From an uncultured Methylomirabilota bacterium (GTDB lineage: Bacteria; Methylomirabilota; Methylomirabilia; Methylomirabilales; 2-02-FULL-66-22), in contig CAWJSJ010000002.1 in the NCBI GenBank assembly GCA_963845565.1, forward strand, positions 2,624,001 to 2,688,000: a stretch of DNA of 64,000 nt, in the 5' to 3' direction. Below the pieces are notes generated by a model. The model worked only from the letters and a program-made list of their open reading frames with translations. It searched no databases and was not told where the DNA came from. How positions within the stretch are numbered: position 1 is the stretch's first letter; each line of letters opens with the position of its first letter. This document shows positions 52,568 to 62,866 of the stretch, one piece after another. A program made the position numbers and the translations under genes.

Positions 52568-54528
52568 CAGGGTCGCGGGCCGGGTCCGGATGCCCCCGGC
52601 GCGCCCGGGCCGCCGGGTTGTCCCGACGGCTGCGGCGTGGGCAGTGCCGGACGAGGCGGCGCCACCACCCCACCGGGGGAGGCGGGCGCCGCCGGCCCGA
52701 AGCTATCCGCCGTTCCCGACGTGAAGCCCTGGATGTCCGCGTCGGGGCGGCTCATAGTCTTCACGATCCGGGGGGTCAGGGAAATCATGACGTCGGTCCG
52801 GCTCCGCTGCTCGTTCGGGCTCATGAAGAGTCGTCCGAGGAGGGGGAGTTCGCTCAGGAGGGGCATCTTGCTGTTCGCGACGGACGCATCCTCCTGGTAG
52901 AGACCACCCAGGAGGCGGGTCTCGCCGTTTCGCACCTTGATGAACGTGTCCAGGTTCCGCGTGTTCACGGGCGGCAAGAGATTCGCGCCCGGGACGTCGG
53001 CAATGGCGGGGCCGATGGCACTGATCTCGAAGTTGATCTCCACCGTGACCTCGCCGTCCAGGTGCACGGTGGGAGTCAAGGTCATCTTGAGGCCCAGGTC
53101 CCGGTACTCCACGTTGGTCTGTGTGGTGGTCACGGCACCGGTCGCGGTGCCCGGCGTCGTCCCCGTACCCGTCCCAGTGGAAACCGAGGGCACGCTACTG
53201 ATCGAGGATATCAGGAACGGGCGTCGCTGGCCGATGAGCAGGCGCGCCTTCTGCCGGTCGAGGATCCGGACGGTCGGGTTCGCCAGCACCTTGGTGGTCG
53301 AATCGTTCTTGATCAGATTCATGATCAGTGTGGGGCTGGTGATGCTGACGGTGCTTCCCCGTTGGATGAAACTCACGAAACTTGATACGGGAATGTTTTG
53401 CGGGAAGTTGAGGGTCACCGACAGCGTGCGGGGCGAGAAGTCGAGCCCGAGGTTCTGCGCCGCGGTGCGGTCGACCTCGAGGACTTCCATGTCGATCTCC
53501 ACCTCTCCCACGCTCCGGTCGTTGGCCTCCAGGACCTTCCGCGCCAGCTCGATCTTCTCCGGAGTCTCCCGGACCACCAGGGCGTTGAGTTTCTCGTTCA
53601 CGAACACCTGACGGGTGTTCAGGATGGTCCGCAGGAGATTCACCGCCACCTTGGCGTCGGCGTCGGTGAGATAGAAGGTGTGCACCGCCAGATCGTCGTA
53701 CTGTTGTCGCTTGCCCGGGTTGTCGGGGACCACGATCACCGTGTTCTCCGCCGCGCGTCTGGCGAAGAGGCGGTTGGAGGACAGGATCAGGATGAACGCC
53801 TCGCGCAGCGGTACGTCCTTGAGAAAGGCCGTGATCCGCTTCGGTTGGAGCGACTCGTCGGTGACGATGTTCACACCGGCGGTCCGGGAGATCACCTCCA
53901 GGACCTCCTTGATATCCGTGTCCTTGAACCGCAGGGTCACCGGTTTGGCGGAGAAGAGCTGCTGCGCCGCCTTCTCGGCGTCGATTTGGATCGTGGATGG
54001 GGGCGCCTCGGCGGCCACCATGGCCGCCAGCTCCTTCTTGAGGGCCTTGGCCTCGGCGTTCTCGGAATCCAGCCGCAGGACCGCCTGGACTTCATTCCGG
54101 GCGGGACCCCACTCCTTATTCGCCATCCGTTCGCGCGCCCGCTTCAGGCGGTCCCGGATTTCGGTCGCGCGGCCGATCCGCTCCAACCCCACCAGAGCCA
54201 ACTGGTTCTCCCCGTTGTAGGTCAGGGCGCGGCGGTAGGCGGCGGCGGCGTCTTCCAAGCGGTGGATCTGCTCGAACTCGTTGCCCTGGCGGACATATTC
54301 CTGGGAGGCCACCCAGAGTGTTCGGGCAAGACCGATGCGGGCCTCCAGATTCCGAGGATCGTTCTTGGTCGCCTCCTGGTAGAACTGGATGGCTTCGTCC
54401 CAGCGTCCCTGCTGGGCCAGTTCCTCACCGGGCAGCGTGGGCAACTGCAGGGCGCAGCCGGCCAGGAGACCTCCCAGGAGGAGCGGAAGCGCCAGCCGTC
54501 GGATCTCACGGAGATGTTGAGTCGTCAT
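52567..54528 (-). CDS. gspD: secretin with lipobox and TPR repeats
   Basis: LAGC lipobox, TPRs, KVLANP, GQRRP, DLGLK, PLLSELPLLGRLF, SLTPRIV. Confidence 0.9.
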   Translation of the reverse strand: MTTQHLREIRRLALPLLLGGLLAGCALQLPTLPGEELAQQGRWDEAIQFYQEATKNDPRNLEARIGLARTLWVASQEYVRQGNEFEQIHRLEDAAAAYRRALTYNGENQLALVGLERIGRATEIRDRLKRARERMANKEWGPARNEVQAVLRLDSENAEAKALKKELAAMVAAEAPPSTIQIDAEKAAQQLFSAKPVTLRFKDTDIKEVLEVISRTAGVNIVTDESLQPKRITAFLKDVPLREAFILILSSNRLFARRAAENTVIVVPDNPGKRQQYDDLAVHTFYLTDADAKVAVNLLRTILNTRQVFVNEKLNALVVRETPEKIELARKVLEANDRSVGEVEIDMEVLEVDRTAAQNLGLDFSPRTLSVTLNFPQNIPVSSFVSFIQRGSTVSITSPTLIMNLIKNDSTTKVLANPTVRILDRQKARLLIGQRRPFLISSISSVPSVSTGTGTGTTPGTATGAVTTTQTNVEYRDLGLKMTLTPTVHLDGEVTVEINFEISAIGPAIADVPGANLLPPVNTRNLDTFIKVRNGETRLLGGLYQEDASVANSKMPLLSELPLLGRLFMSPNEQRSRTDVMISLTPRIVKTMSRPDADIQGFTSGTADSFGPAAPASPGGVVAPPRPALPTPQPSGQPGGPGAPGASGPGPRP

Positions 54529-54583
54529 GCCTGTGCCTCGCCGAGATGAAACCGTGTGAGTCGTTGACCAACATCGGCCGCCC

Positions 54584-55186
54584 TCATTGCGGCGCCCGTC
54601 CGGGTGCGCTGGGAGGACGTGGCGCCGCCGCCCCTGCGGCGGGCGTCGAGAGATCGAGACGGGCCTGCTTGTCCCCGGAGGGGGAGGTAAGGAGCACGCT
54701 CTCATCCTGCACCTCCGCGACGCGAAAGCGTCCGGACAGCATGCCGCCTACCGGCACGGTATGCACCTCCTGCCCCTGGACGATGAACGCCGTGAGCACG
54801 TCTCCCGAACGCAGAAACCCGACGTACCGGAGCTGCTTGACCTCTTCCTGGAACGGGTCCGGCGGCGGGGGCACGGCTAGCGCAGCTCCAGGAGCCGCCA
54901 CGGCCTGAGGCGGCGGTGGGGGAGGCGGCGGTGGGACGCTGAAGATGTTCTGCACCTCCGACGGATACGGGGCGCGCGGAAGGTTCGCGAGCTCCGCCTT
55001 GAGCCGCGGGATGTTCGCCGACGGGCCCGCGGTGGCACGGACGGGCCGCGCACCGGTCTGGGGTGGCGGCGATGTCCCCACGGGCTCGTCGGGTCGGTGC
55101 AGGCCGAAGATCAACGCCCAGATCCCCACCAGCGCCGCCAGGATCAGGACCTTCATCCGCGCAGATCGCATTGTCGCCGCCATCAT
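54584..55186 (-). CDS. Pro-rich bitopic protein (PilP/GspC-like position)
   Basis: N-terminal TM, NIF + poly-Pro, LRYVG..AFI beta domain. Confidence 0.7.
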   Translation of the reverse strand: MMAATMRSARMKVLILAALVGIWALIFGLHRPDEPVGTSPPPQTGARPVRATAGPSANIPRLKAELANLPRAPYPSEVQNIFSVPPPPPPPPPQAVAAPGAALAVPPPPDPFQEEVKQLRYVGFLRSGDVLTAFIVQGQEVHTVPVGGMLSGRFRVAEVQDESVLLTSPSGDKQARLDLSTPAAGAAAPRPPSAPGRAPQ

Positions 55187-55187
55187 C

Positions 55188-55712
55188 CTACTGCAAGTAC
55201 ATCCCCAGCTGCAGCTGTACCTGCAAGTTGGCCGTGCCCTTGAGCTCTCTTAGTGCCAATCGCTCGATCACCAGAAATCGGCGCATGCCTTCCAGTTCGT
55301 AGAGATACCGCCGGATCGTCTCGTAGGGCCCCTCGACGCCCAACTGCACCGTGACCTTGGTGAGGCCTGCCTCCTTGGCCTGGGTGGGCCGGTAGTCCAC
55401 GTCCGGGACTTGCAGGGCGTGCGACCGGGCCAGTTTGGTGAGCCGGCCCATGAGTGCCACCAGCTCCGCCCGGCGGGGGAACCCTTGCGAGAATTCCTCG
55501 ACCTCGCGCATGGCGGTCAGGAGGGTCTCGCTGGACTGTCCCTCGCGCTGGGCGCTGCGAACGTTGCGCTCCAGTCCCGCGATCCGCGTCTCGATGTCAA
55601 GGCGCGCCTGGCGGGTGGGCTGGAGCAGAAAGACCAGGACCCACAGGTTGGCCGCCAGGAGCACGAGCAACCCACCCCACGCCCATGCGGTGCGGGAAGT
55701 CAGGGGCATCAT
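55188..55712 (-). CDS. PilO/GspM-like protein
   Basis: TM + coiled coil + VEGPYETIRRYLYELE. Confidence 0.8.
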   Translation of the reverse strand: MMPLTSRTAWAWGGLLVLLAANLWVLVFLLQPTRQARLDIETRIAGLERNVRSAQREGQSSETLLTAMREVEEFSQGFPRRAELVALMGRLTKLARSHALQVPDVDYRPTQAKEAGLTKVTVQLGVEGPYETIRRYLYELEGMRRFLVIERLALRELKGTANLQVQLQLGMYLQ

Positions 55713-56281
55713 CGCGGGCGTTCCTGGTAGATCAGGTTCACCGTGAACTCCAACACCTCGGGCCCACCCGCAGCGGATTTCCGCGCCGTCTGGCGGAGGA
55801 GGAACACGTCACGGAAGCCGGCACGCTGTTCCAAGCCGTTCAGCAGCTTGGTGAGGTCCTCGAAGGTGCGCGCTTCGCCGCGCAAGGCGACTTTCCCCGA
55901 CGGCAGGTCGGGGCGGATCTCGCTCAGCGTGACGCCAGGCGGCACGGATCGCTCCAGCTCGACCAGCAGGCCAATCCACGAGAAGGTGGAGGCCTCGAGG
56001 ATCTGATTGTAGGCGGCCACCTTGGCCTCGTACTGCTTGACCGCCTCGGCGGGGACGCGCGCCCGGACGGCGCGCGCCTCTTCCTGGTGTCGCCGAAGCG
56101 CACCTTCCATTTCCCCCAGCCGTGCCTCCACGACTTGAACCTCGCGCCGCTGGGCGGACCACACCACAAGCTGGATGGCCAGCGCGACGATCAGAATCGC
56201 GCCTGCCGCAACCGCGAAGACGACGCGCCGCCGGCTGCGGGCGAAATCGGCGGACGCCAGATTGAAACCCGCGATCACCAT
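55709..56281 (-). CDS. PilN-like protein
   Basis: FNLAS motif, TM, coiled coil, SW..LL.ELERSVPPGV. Confidence 0.8.
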   Translation of the reverse strand: MVIAGFNLASADFARSRRRVVFAVAAGAILIVALAIQLVVWSAQRREVQVVEARLGEMEGALRRHQEEARAVRARVPAEAVKQYEAKVAAYNQILEASTFSWIGLLVELERSVPPGVTLSEIRPDLPSGKVALRGEARTFEDLTKLLNGLEQRAGFRDVFLLRQTARKSAAGGPEVLEFTVNLIYQERPR

Positions 56282-57171
56282 GGTCGGATGGCCGCTCCGA
56301 TGGCCGCGCCCCACCGGGTCAGCTCTTCCGTAGAGCCGCCCGGGCGGGTTCCGGGTACGAACGCCTCGGCCAGGTCCAGGATGCTGACGGGAAGCTCCAG
56401 CCAGCGAGCGAGTCCCGCGGCGATCTCGTCCGTCCTGGGGCCCATGCCGTGCACGAGCACGCGCTGCAGCGGACCCAGGCCCTCCGATTCCTGAAAGAAG
56501 GCCAGAGAGTCGGCGACATCACGAATCAGGCGGACCGGATCGCCGTCCGCCGCCAGGATACGCCAGAGTTGGGGACGCCCCTCTTGGATCAGCAGGAGCG
56601 TGGCGCGGTCCCCATCGGCGGTCAACAAGCCCGCGGTCCGCGCGGTCAGGACGACGGAGGTCGCCTGCGCCAGGGACACGCTCCGCGCGTCCAGGACGCC
56701 GGCCCGGAACCCGGCCCCCTGCAGGGCCCGTTCGTAATCCGCCAGGAGGCTCTTCCGCGCGACCAGGCAGGCCAGCCGCACACGGCCGTCGGGGCCCGCG
56801 CCGACATTCAGATAGTCAAGACGGGCCTGCTCCACCGGGAAGGGGAGCAAATCCCGCGCCTGCCAGCACAGGAACCGCCGCGCCGCTTCCCGTTCGTCCG
56901 GGAGCTGGTCCGTGGCGATCGTCCGGAGGATGAACAACGGATCCGGCAGCGCCACGCGGACCCACCCGCGACAACCGCCGCGGCGTCTGAGGCTGCGGAG
57001 AGCCGCGGTCAGGGCCGAAACGTCCGCCAGTTTGGTCTCCTTGATCGAGGGCTGGACCACACCCGGCGCGATCGCCGCATCGACCACCCGGCGGATGCGG
57101 ATCTGGCCCCGGCGCACCTCCGCGCGGCACAGCCGAAGCCGATCTGGTGCAATCTCCAATCCCCAGGCCAT
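56275..57171 (-). CDS. PilM/GspL-cytoplasmic-like protein
   Basis: WGLEI N-terminus, actin-like pattern, LPFPVEQARLDY, C-terminal AAIGAA. Confidence 0.8.
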   Translation of the reverse strand: MAWGLEIAPDRLRLCRAEVRRGQIRIRRVVDAAIAPGVVQPSIKETKLADVSALTAALRSLRRRGGCRGWVRVALPDPLFILRTIATDQLPDEREAARRFLCWQARDLLPFPVEQARLDYLNVGAGPDGRVRLACLVARKSLLADYERALQGAGFRAGVLDARSVSLAQATSVVLTARTAGLLTADGDRATLLLIQEGRPQLWRILAADGDPVRLIRDVADSLAFFQESEGLGPLQRVLVHGMGPRTDEIAAGLARWLELPVSILDLAEAFVPGTRPGGSTEELTRWGAAIGAAIRPW

Positions 57172-57197
57172 GGGCGTTCCGTTGCGCTCCTGTCGCG

Positions 57198-58901
57198 TTA
57201 TTCGGCGAACGTCACGCGGTTGACCTCGGCCACCGACGTGACCCCGCCGCGAGCCTTCGCCAGGGCGGCATCCCGCAGCAGGAGCGTGCCGCCGGTCTGT
57301 GCGGCAGCGTAGATCTCGGTGGCCGGTCGTCGCTCAAGAATCAAACCGCGGATGGTATCGGTGACCTCGACCAGTTCGGAAATGGCGCTGCGCCCGCGGA
57401 ATCCTGAGCCCTGGCATTCGTCGCAACCGCCGTTCTCGAAGAAGGTGTGCGCCGCGTCCTTATCCGGATCGAGGCCGAGATCCTTCAGGCCGTCAGGCAG
57501 ATACTGCACGGGCCGCCGACAGGACCGGCAGAGGACGCGCACGAGCCGCTGCGTCATGATGCAGTTCAGGGACGACAGGAAATGGTACGGCTCCAGCCCC
57601 ATGTTCAGGAAGCGCCCCAGGACGTCCATCACGTTGTTCGCGTGTACGGTGGTGAAGACCAGGTGGCCTGTCAAGGCGGACTGGACGGCGATCTGCGCCG
57701 TCTCGGGGTCGCGGATTTCCCCGACCAGGATCTTGTCGGGGTCGTGGCGCAGGATGCTGCGCAAGCCGCGGGCGAAGGTCAGCCCCTTCTTCTCGTTCAC
57801 CGGAATCTGGACCACGTCCCTGAGCTGGTACTCGATGGGGTCCTCGATGGTGATGATCTTCTCGGTGCCGGAGTGCACCTCGGTAATGGCGGCGTAGAGG
57901 GTGGTGGTCTTCCCCGACCCCGTCGGGCCGGTGACCAGGACCATCCCGTGCGGTCGGTGGATGTGCCGTCGCAGGCGGCGCAGATCGGTGTCGCTGATCC
58001 CCAGGAGTTCCAGCTTGAGATCGGCCAGTTCCTTGGTGATGGCTTCTTTGTCCAGGATGCGGATGACCACCGCTTCGCCGAAATTGCTGGGGAGGATGGA
58101 GACGCGGAAGTCGATAGAGCGGCCGCGGATCCGGATCTTGAACCGGCCATCCTGGGGGATGCGGTGTTCCGCGATGTCCAGCTCCGCCATGATCTTGATC
58201 CGCGAGACGATGGTATCCTGGTGGCGACGGTCCAGGGGTTCCATGGCGGGGTGGAGCATCCCGTCCACGCGGAACTTGAGGTGGACCTGCTTCTCGCTCG
58301 CCTCAATGTGGACGTCGCTGGCCCGATGCTCCAGGGCGTTCAGGAGGATGGTGTCGACCAGGCGAATGGTAGGGCTGGCGTCGGTTGGCTGAGGGTCGAC
58401 GACGGCGACCCCGTCCTCCTCGTCCGCCTCCGTGAGCTTGAAATCCTCGCTGATGGCGTTCAGCACCCGCTGCGAAGCATCCACGCGGCCCAACCGATCC
58501 AGGAGCGCACCACGGACGACCACCACCAGATCCACTGGGCCGCCATGCGTCTGCACGAGGTCGTCTTTGAGAAGGACGTTGCCGGGGTCGGCGACTGCGA
58601 CGATCAGGCGGGCGCGGTCGCGACGGAGAGGCAGGAACAGATCACGGCGCATTCGCTCCAGCGGAAAGGCGTCCAGAATACCCGCCTCCAGCGGAGTGGT
58701 CGCCAGGTCCACGATCGGCAGGTCGTGAAGTCGGCTGAAGGCCTTGGCCAACGCGTCCTCGGTGAGGAGGCCGGTTTCCACCAGATGCCAACCCAGACCG
58801 CCGCGCAACCCGTTTCGCTCGCGCAAGGCCTGATCCATCTGCGGGCGGGTGACGTGGCCTTCGCCGACAAGCGCTTCTTCCAGCGTCCGGTACTGTGTCA
58901 T
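57198..58901 (-). CDS. gspE: GspE/PilB assembly ATPase
   Basis: ASDVHIE, PQDGRF, GPTGSGKTTT, TIEDPIEY, RHDPD, TGHLV, CxxC..CxxC. Confidence 0.93.
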   Translation of the reverse strand: MTQYRTLEEALVGEGHVTRPQMDQALRERNGLRGGLGWHLVETGLLTEDALAKAFSRLHDLPIVDLATTPLEAGILDAFPLERMRRDLFLPLRRDRARLIVAVADPGNVLLKDDLVQTHGGPVDLVVVVRGALLDRLGRVDASQRVLNAISEDFKLTEADEEDGVAVVDPQPTDASPTIRLVDTILLNALEHRASDVHIEASEKQVHLKFRVDGMLHPAMEPLDRRHQDTIVSRIKIMAELDIAEHRIPQDGRFKIRIRGRSIDFRVSILPSNFGEAVVIRILDKEAITKELADLKLELLGISDTDLRRLRRHIHRPHGMVLVTGPTGSGKTTTLYAAITEVHSGTEKIITIEDPIEYQLRDVVQIPVNEKKGLTFARGLRSILRHDPDKILVGEIRDPETAQIAVQSALTGHLVFTTVHANNVMDVLGRFLNMGLEPYHFLSSLNCIMTQRLVRVLCRSCRRPVQYLPDGLKDLGLDPDKDAAHTFFENGGCDECQGSGFRGRSAISELVEVTDTIRGLILERRPATEIYAAAQTGGTLLLRDAALAKARGGVTSVAEVNRVTFAE

Positions 58902-58992
58902 TTTTTCCCTATGAGAATCGGCCAGTGTGCGATTATGCAATATTTGGACCGATAGCGCACACGCCAGACAGACGACACACCGACCGCGCGTT

Positions 58993-60208
58993 CTACCGTA
59001 TCGCCGACGACAGGTTAAAGATCGGCAGGTACATGATGACGACGATGGCAGCCACGACGAGGCCCATCCCGATCATGATGGCGGGTTCGATGGCGGCCGC
59101 CAGGGCCGTGAGTCGCATGTCCATCTCGGCATCGTACATATCAGCGACATGCCCCAGCATTTCCCCAAGGGCTCCGCTGTTCTCTCCGACGGCCACCAAC
59201 TCCTGCATCAGACTGGGGACAACGCCGGTCCGACCCAAAGAATCTGCCAGGCTTCCACCCGCGGCCACGCGCGGAATGGCCGTGCGGATCTTGTCGGTCA
59301 GGTAGGCATTTCCCACCGTTCCCAGTGTCGTCTCGAGCGACGGAATCATGGGAATGCCGCCCACCTGCATCATGGCCAGTGTCCGGGCGAAGCGGGAAAA
59401 GAGGTAGCCGCTCACGAGGGTCCCGAACCACGGGAGGGCCACGACCCAGCGGTCCATCAGCCGTTTCCCTCGCGGGGTCCGACGCCAACGCCACAGGCCC
59501 AGTCCCGCCGCGACGAGCGCGATGGAGGCCAGCGGAATGGCATTCTGGAGGTGCCCCGTGATCGTGATGAGAATACGAGTTGCCACGGGAAGTTGCGCAT
59601 CCATGTCGCCGTAGATCCGGCTGAAGGTCGGGACCACGAAAACCAAGAGAAACAGGATGACCGCCAGGGAGGCCCCAACCAGGATCATCGGATAGGTGAG
59701 GGCCGCCCGCAGGCGTTGGCGCAGGGCCAGGATGCGCTTCTGGTAATCCACATACCGGGTGAGGGCGTCGACGAAATTCCCGCTCTGCTCACCGGCATGG
59801 AGTGCAGCCGCGTACAGCGGGCTGAAAACATCCGGGTGTTTGGCCATGGCCGCAGACAGGGCCGCGCCGCCCTTTACATCCTCCCGTACTGCCTCCAGCA
59901 GACTCCGCAGGCGCGGCTGCTGGGTTCGCTCGCGGAGCAGGTCCAGGGAGATGATGATCGGAAGCCCCGCTCGCACGAGGGCCAGGAGTTCCTGGTTGAA
60001 GACCAGCAGGGCCCGTGGGCTGATGCGTGCGGCGAAAAAGGCCGGCACGCGCACCGTGAGCCGGGGCCGTGTTCGCGTTTCGGCGTCGAACACGAAGAAG
60101 CCCTTGGACTCCAGGCCGTGCCGCGCGGCCTCCGGGCTGTCCGCCCTCGGCCTCCAGCGTCTGGATGGAGCCCGTGGGCGTTCCGACTTTGAAAGAATAT
60201 TGCGCCAT
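58993..60208 (-). CDS. gspF: GspF/PilC platform protein, split by a +1 insertion at ~60145
   Basis: MAQYSFKVGTPTGSIQTLEAE (one frame) joins ADSPEAARHGLESKG (other frame); AGEQSG, ALTYP, VGENSG, IEP, MYLPIF. Confidence 0.9.
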
Positions 60209-60463
60209 CGATCCTCTGCCGGGTTGGCTACAAGATGATAATTGTATAGAGCTTTTGTCAGGAAACGCAAGCATATTGTCGGGTCGCGCCTAGCGGACTA
60301 CGTCGTCGTTTTTCTTGACTCCTTTTGCTAACGGCTTATCATACCCCTGCTTTCGGTCATGGTTGACACGGCCTTTGCCCTGGATCCTCGGCGCACGGCG
60401 GCGGGGGAACATGTTGCCCACCCGGCCGCGGCGGAACCTCCGACCCCGATGGGGCGCTCCGGT

Positions 60464-60730
60464 ATGACGTCGCTCGCGCATCTCGCCTATGGCATCGTTG
60501 GTTCCCTCTTTCTCCTTGTGACCGCAGCCTGCCTGGGATTTCTGGCGATTGGGTGGCTTCATCGGAGTCCGCCGGGTCGCACACTCACCGGGCAGGAACT
60601 GGTGTGGAGCCTGGTCCCGGCCCTGGTGCTGGTGTGGCTGACCGTGGCGAGCGATCTTCCGAGAGGGTGGGGCAGGGTGCCGGCGGGTTCAGTTGGCGCG
60701 ATCGCGCTCGAAAGCGCGCCGGGAAGGTGA
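60464..60730 (+). CDS. small two-TM protein resembling the cytochrome oxidase subunit II membrane hairpin
   Basis: Two hydrophobic helices, second ELVWSLVPALVL; directly upstream of ctaA. Confidence 0.55.
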   Translation: MTSLAHLAYGIVGSLFLLVTAACLGFLAIGWLHRSPPGRTLTGQELVWSLVPALVLVWLTVASDLPRGWGRVPAGSVGAIALESAPGR

Positions 60731-60774
60731 CGCGAACCGTGCCAGGGAGCAACTCGGTGCAGAGCGGAGCGGGG

Positions 60775-61737
60775 ATGGTGGTGACGGATTCCGCCCGGGA
60801 AGTTGTCCGGGGCGCCTGGAGTCCGTGGCCCCACCGGATCGCCCTGGTGACCACGACGGCGACGTTCTTCCTGATCTTGGCCGGCGGGGTCGTGACCAAC
60901 ACCGGGACGGGGATGGCGGTTCCGGACTGGCCGACCACGTTCGGTCACAACATGTTTCTGTTCCCCTGGTCGAAGATGGTCGGCGGGATCCTGTACGAAC
61001 ATGCGCACCGCCTCATCGCCTCCCTGGTCGGCGCATTGACGTTGACGGTCGCGATCTTTTTGTGGGCCCTGGAGGCTCGACCGTGGGTGCGGGGGTTGGG
61101 GATTGCGGCCGTCGGTGCGGTGGTCGTCCAGGGGGTCCTTGGCGGTCTGCGCGTGGTCCTGGCGCAGCAGGGGCTGGCGATCGTGCATGGGGGATTCGCC
61201 CATGCATTCTTCGCCCTCCTCGCCGGCCTGACGCTGGTCACCTCGCCGGGCTGGTGCGCGCCGGTTGCCGAACGCGTCGCGTCGCCGGCGCTCCTCCGCC
61301 TGCGGCGGCTGGCGGTCTGCATCACGGCGGGTCTGTACCTGCAGGTCCTCCTCGGCACGCTGGTGACCCATTTGAGCGCGCGGCTGGATGCGCACCTGCT
61401 CGTCGGAGGACTGATCTCGGTGGCGGTGATCCTGCTGGGTTTTTGGATCCTGCCCGGGCGTGCCGCGTGGCCCGAACTGGTGCGGCCTGCCGAGATCCTG
61501 CGCGTGCTCTGGATCGTCCAGCTGCTCTTGGGGCTCGGCGCCTATCTGGCGAAGTTCCAGCCGGTGGATATCGGGCTGGGGGCGGGGCTCTCGCTGGTGC
61601 TATCGGTGAGCCATCGGTTGGCGGGTGGGTTGATGTTGATCACCAGCCTGGTGATCGTGTTGCGGATTTACCGACGCACGGGTGGGTCGGATTCCGAGGC
61701 AGGGCGTCGGCCCGGCTCCCGGGGGGTGACGGCATGA
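60775..61737 (+). CDS. ctaA: heme A synthase (COX15/CtaA)
   Basis: GMAVPDWP, YEHAHR, QGVLGGLRV, conserved His residues, 8 TM. Confidence 0.9.
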   Translation: MVVTDSAREVVRGAWSPWPHRIALVTTTATFFLILAGGVVTNTGTGMAVPDWPTTFGHNMFLFPWSKMVGGILYEHAHRLIASLVGALTLTVAIFLWALEARPWVRGLGIAAVGAVVVQGVLGGLRVVLAQQGLAIVHGGFAHAFFALLAGLTLVTSPGWCAPVAERVASPALLRLRRLAVCITAGLYLQVLLGTLVTHLSARLDAHLLVGGLISVAVILLGFWILPGRAAWPELVRPAEILRVLWIVQLLLGLGAYLAKFQPVDIGLGAGLSLVLSVSHRLAGGLMLITSLVIVLRIYRRTGGSDSEAGRRPGSRGVTA

Positions 61738-62639
61738 CGCTCCGTGCGCTGGCCGTCGCCGGGGCGCGCGTCTGCGCCCACCCGCGCGCGATGGACTTCC
61801 TGGTGCTGACCAAACCCCGCGTCGTCCTGATGGTCCTGGTGACGACCTTCGTGGGGTTCCATGTCGGGTCGCTCGGCCCCTCGGACCCGCTGCGCCTGCT
61901 GCACGCCCTCGTCGGAACCTGGCTGGCCGCCGCGGGCGCCTCGGCGCTGAATCAGTACCTGGAGCGGGATGTGGACGGCCGGATGGAGCGCACGCGGCGT
62001 CGGCCCCTGCCCGACAAGCGCCTGCAGCCGCGGGAAGCGGGGTGGTTCGGCCTGGGGCTGACGCTGGCCGGCCTGCTCTACCTCGGACTGGCGGTGAACT
62101 GGCTGAGTGCCGCCGTCGTGGCGGTCACGGCCGCCAGTTACCTCCTGGCCTATACGCCGCTGAAGCGTCGCTCCTCGCTGTGCACCGTCCTGGGGGCGAT
62201 CCCCGGCGCGCTGCCGCCGGTCGCCGGGTGGGTGGCCGCCCGCGGGGAATTCGGCGTCGGCGCCTGGATCCTCTTCGGAATCCTCTTCCTCTGGCAGCTC
62301 CCGCACACCCTGGCGATCGCGTGGGTCTATCGCACGGACTACGCCCGGGCCGACCTCCGGATGTTGCCGGTCGTGGATCCGGACGGGGGGAGCACCGGGC
62401 GGCAAGTGGTGGTCAACTGCCTGGCGCTGCTCGCCGTGGGGATGCTGCCCACGCTCGTCGGCATGGCCGGGCCGGTCTACTTCCTGGGCGCCCTGCTCCT
62501 GGGCGTCGGCATGCTGGCGTGCGGACTGGGACTCGCCGTGACGCGGTCCTCGGTTAGCGCCCGCCGCCTGGTCTACGCCTCGCTCATCTATCTCCCCGCC
62601 GTGCTCGTCCTGATGGCCATCGACAAGATTCGCCTGTAG
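61734..62639 (+). CDS. ctaB: protoheme IX farnesyltransferase
   Basis: LTKPR, NQYLERDVDGRMERTRRRPLP, YTPLKR, GAIPGALPP, WQLPH. Confidence 0.95.
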   Translation: MTLRALAVAGARVCAHPRAMDFLVLTKPRVVLMVLVTTFVGFHVGSLGPSDPLRLLHALVGTWLAAAGASALNQYLERDVDGRMERTRRRPLPDKRLQPREAGWFGLGLTLAGLLYLGLAVNWLSAAVVAVTAASYLLAYTPLKRRSSLCTVLGAIPGALPPVAGWVAARGEFGVGAWILFGILFLWQLPHTLAIAWVYRTDYARADLRMLPVVDPDGGSTGRQVVVNCLALLAVGMLPTLVGMAGPVYFLGALLLGVGMLACGLGLAVTRSSVSARRLVYASLIYLPAVLVLMAIDKIRL

Positions 62640-62866
62640 GCCGCCGCGACCAACGCCACCTCGCCGTTCTCGCACCCCGCACGCCCCGCCGGGCGCTCAC
62701 GCGCCTGCCCTCTCGTGTCTCCTTGGCAATCCGTGGGCGAAACCACCGGGTTTTTCGGATGCGCGATGACCGGCGGGAGCATGCCGCACCGCCCGGGCTG
62801 GTGCCACGCGGGTCGGCGCAAGATACGCGCCTCCCCGACACGCCGGCCGTTGCGGTGGAGCGGTGG

